A DNA stretch of 63,732 bases, counting the filler, from Octopus bimaculoides (taxonomy: Eukaryota), in the NCBI RefSeq assembly GCF_001194135.2. It is 5 parts of 5 records of this genome, joined end to end, with 100 filler letters (N's around TTAATTAATTAA, not from the genome) between each part and the next. Parts side by side here need not be neighbours in the genome. Positions count along the whole stretch, not along the records: positions 54,622 to 63,732 come from NC_068986.1; 4 more parts are not named here. One strand, written 5' to 3'. The translations under genes were made by a program, and so were the position numbers. Shown in pieces: positions 63,359-63,732 of this stretch (its first letter is position 1; each line of letters opens with the position of its first letter). A model generated the notes under the pieces. That model was not told where the DNA came from and searched no databases. It was given only the letters and a program-made list of their open reading frames with translations.

Positions 63359-63732
63359 CATCTTCTTTCCATTCCTGAGCGTCTGCTAATACATTACATG
63401 TACCACGCCCTTACTATATATATATATATATATATATAATACAAAGAATATATATACATGTATACACACATATATGTACATACTTACATCTACATGTGTA
63501 TATACATGCATATCAGGGTACAGGACGTTAGAACAATAAACTACAGACAACGGAACGAACACATAGGAAAACGGAAAGCCCCTTGGAATATCCCTTCATC
63601 AGCTGTCTCTATTCTATCTAGACGTTTCGAAGACCAGACAGGACGTACTCTAGAATAGTCTCTTCCTGAGTAGTGGATCAACCCACTACACAGAGGATTC
63701 CAAGGTGGCAAACACAAACCAAGACAGGAAAA

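Overview
AT-rich, repeat-saturated, apparently intronic or intergenic animal DNA with many N gaps. The SINE families and microsatellite load point to an octopod cephalopod (inference, not verified). No host protein-coding gene can be supported: the long ORFs in the track are microsatellite or N-run artefacts, and the recognisable protein fragments are decayed transposon ORFs. These are mariner and Tc1 transposases, RTE and Tx1/L1-like LINE 3' ends, a Penelope-like N-terminus, and a full-length but inactivated R4/Dong-clade RLE retrotransposon (50231-54204) with an apparent 12-13 bp target-site duplication in (CATA)n-like sequence. The most interesting signal is a set of minimal hammerhead-ribozyme (HHR)-like motifs of the Penelope-LTR type from several families. 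Four loci carry them in head-to-head inverted duplications or palindromes (2834-3644, 15614-16262, 30895-31189, 62926-63041), with a gradient of catalytic-core decay. Also present are MITEs (Tc1/mariner-, piggyBac- and hAT-type) and a 51-53 bp minisatellite with a conserved core and a variable segment. SINE and LINE boundaries are approximate (read by eye).
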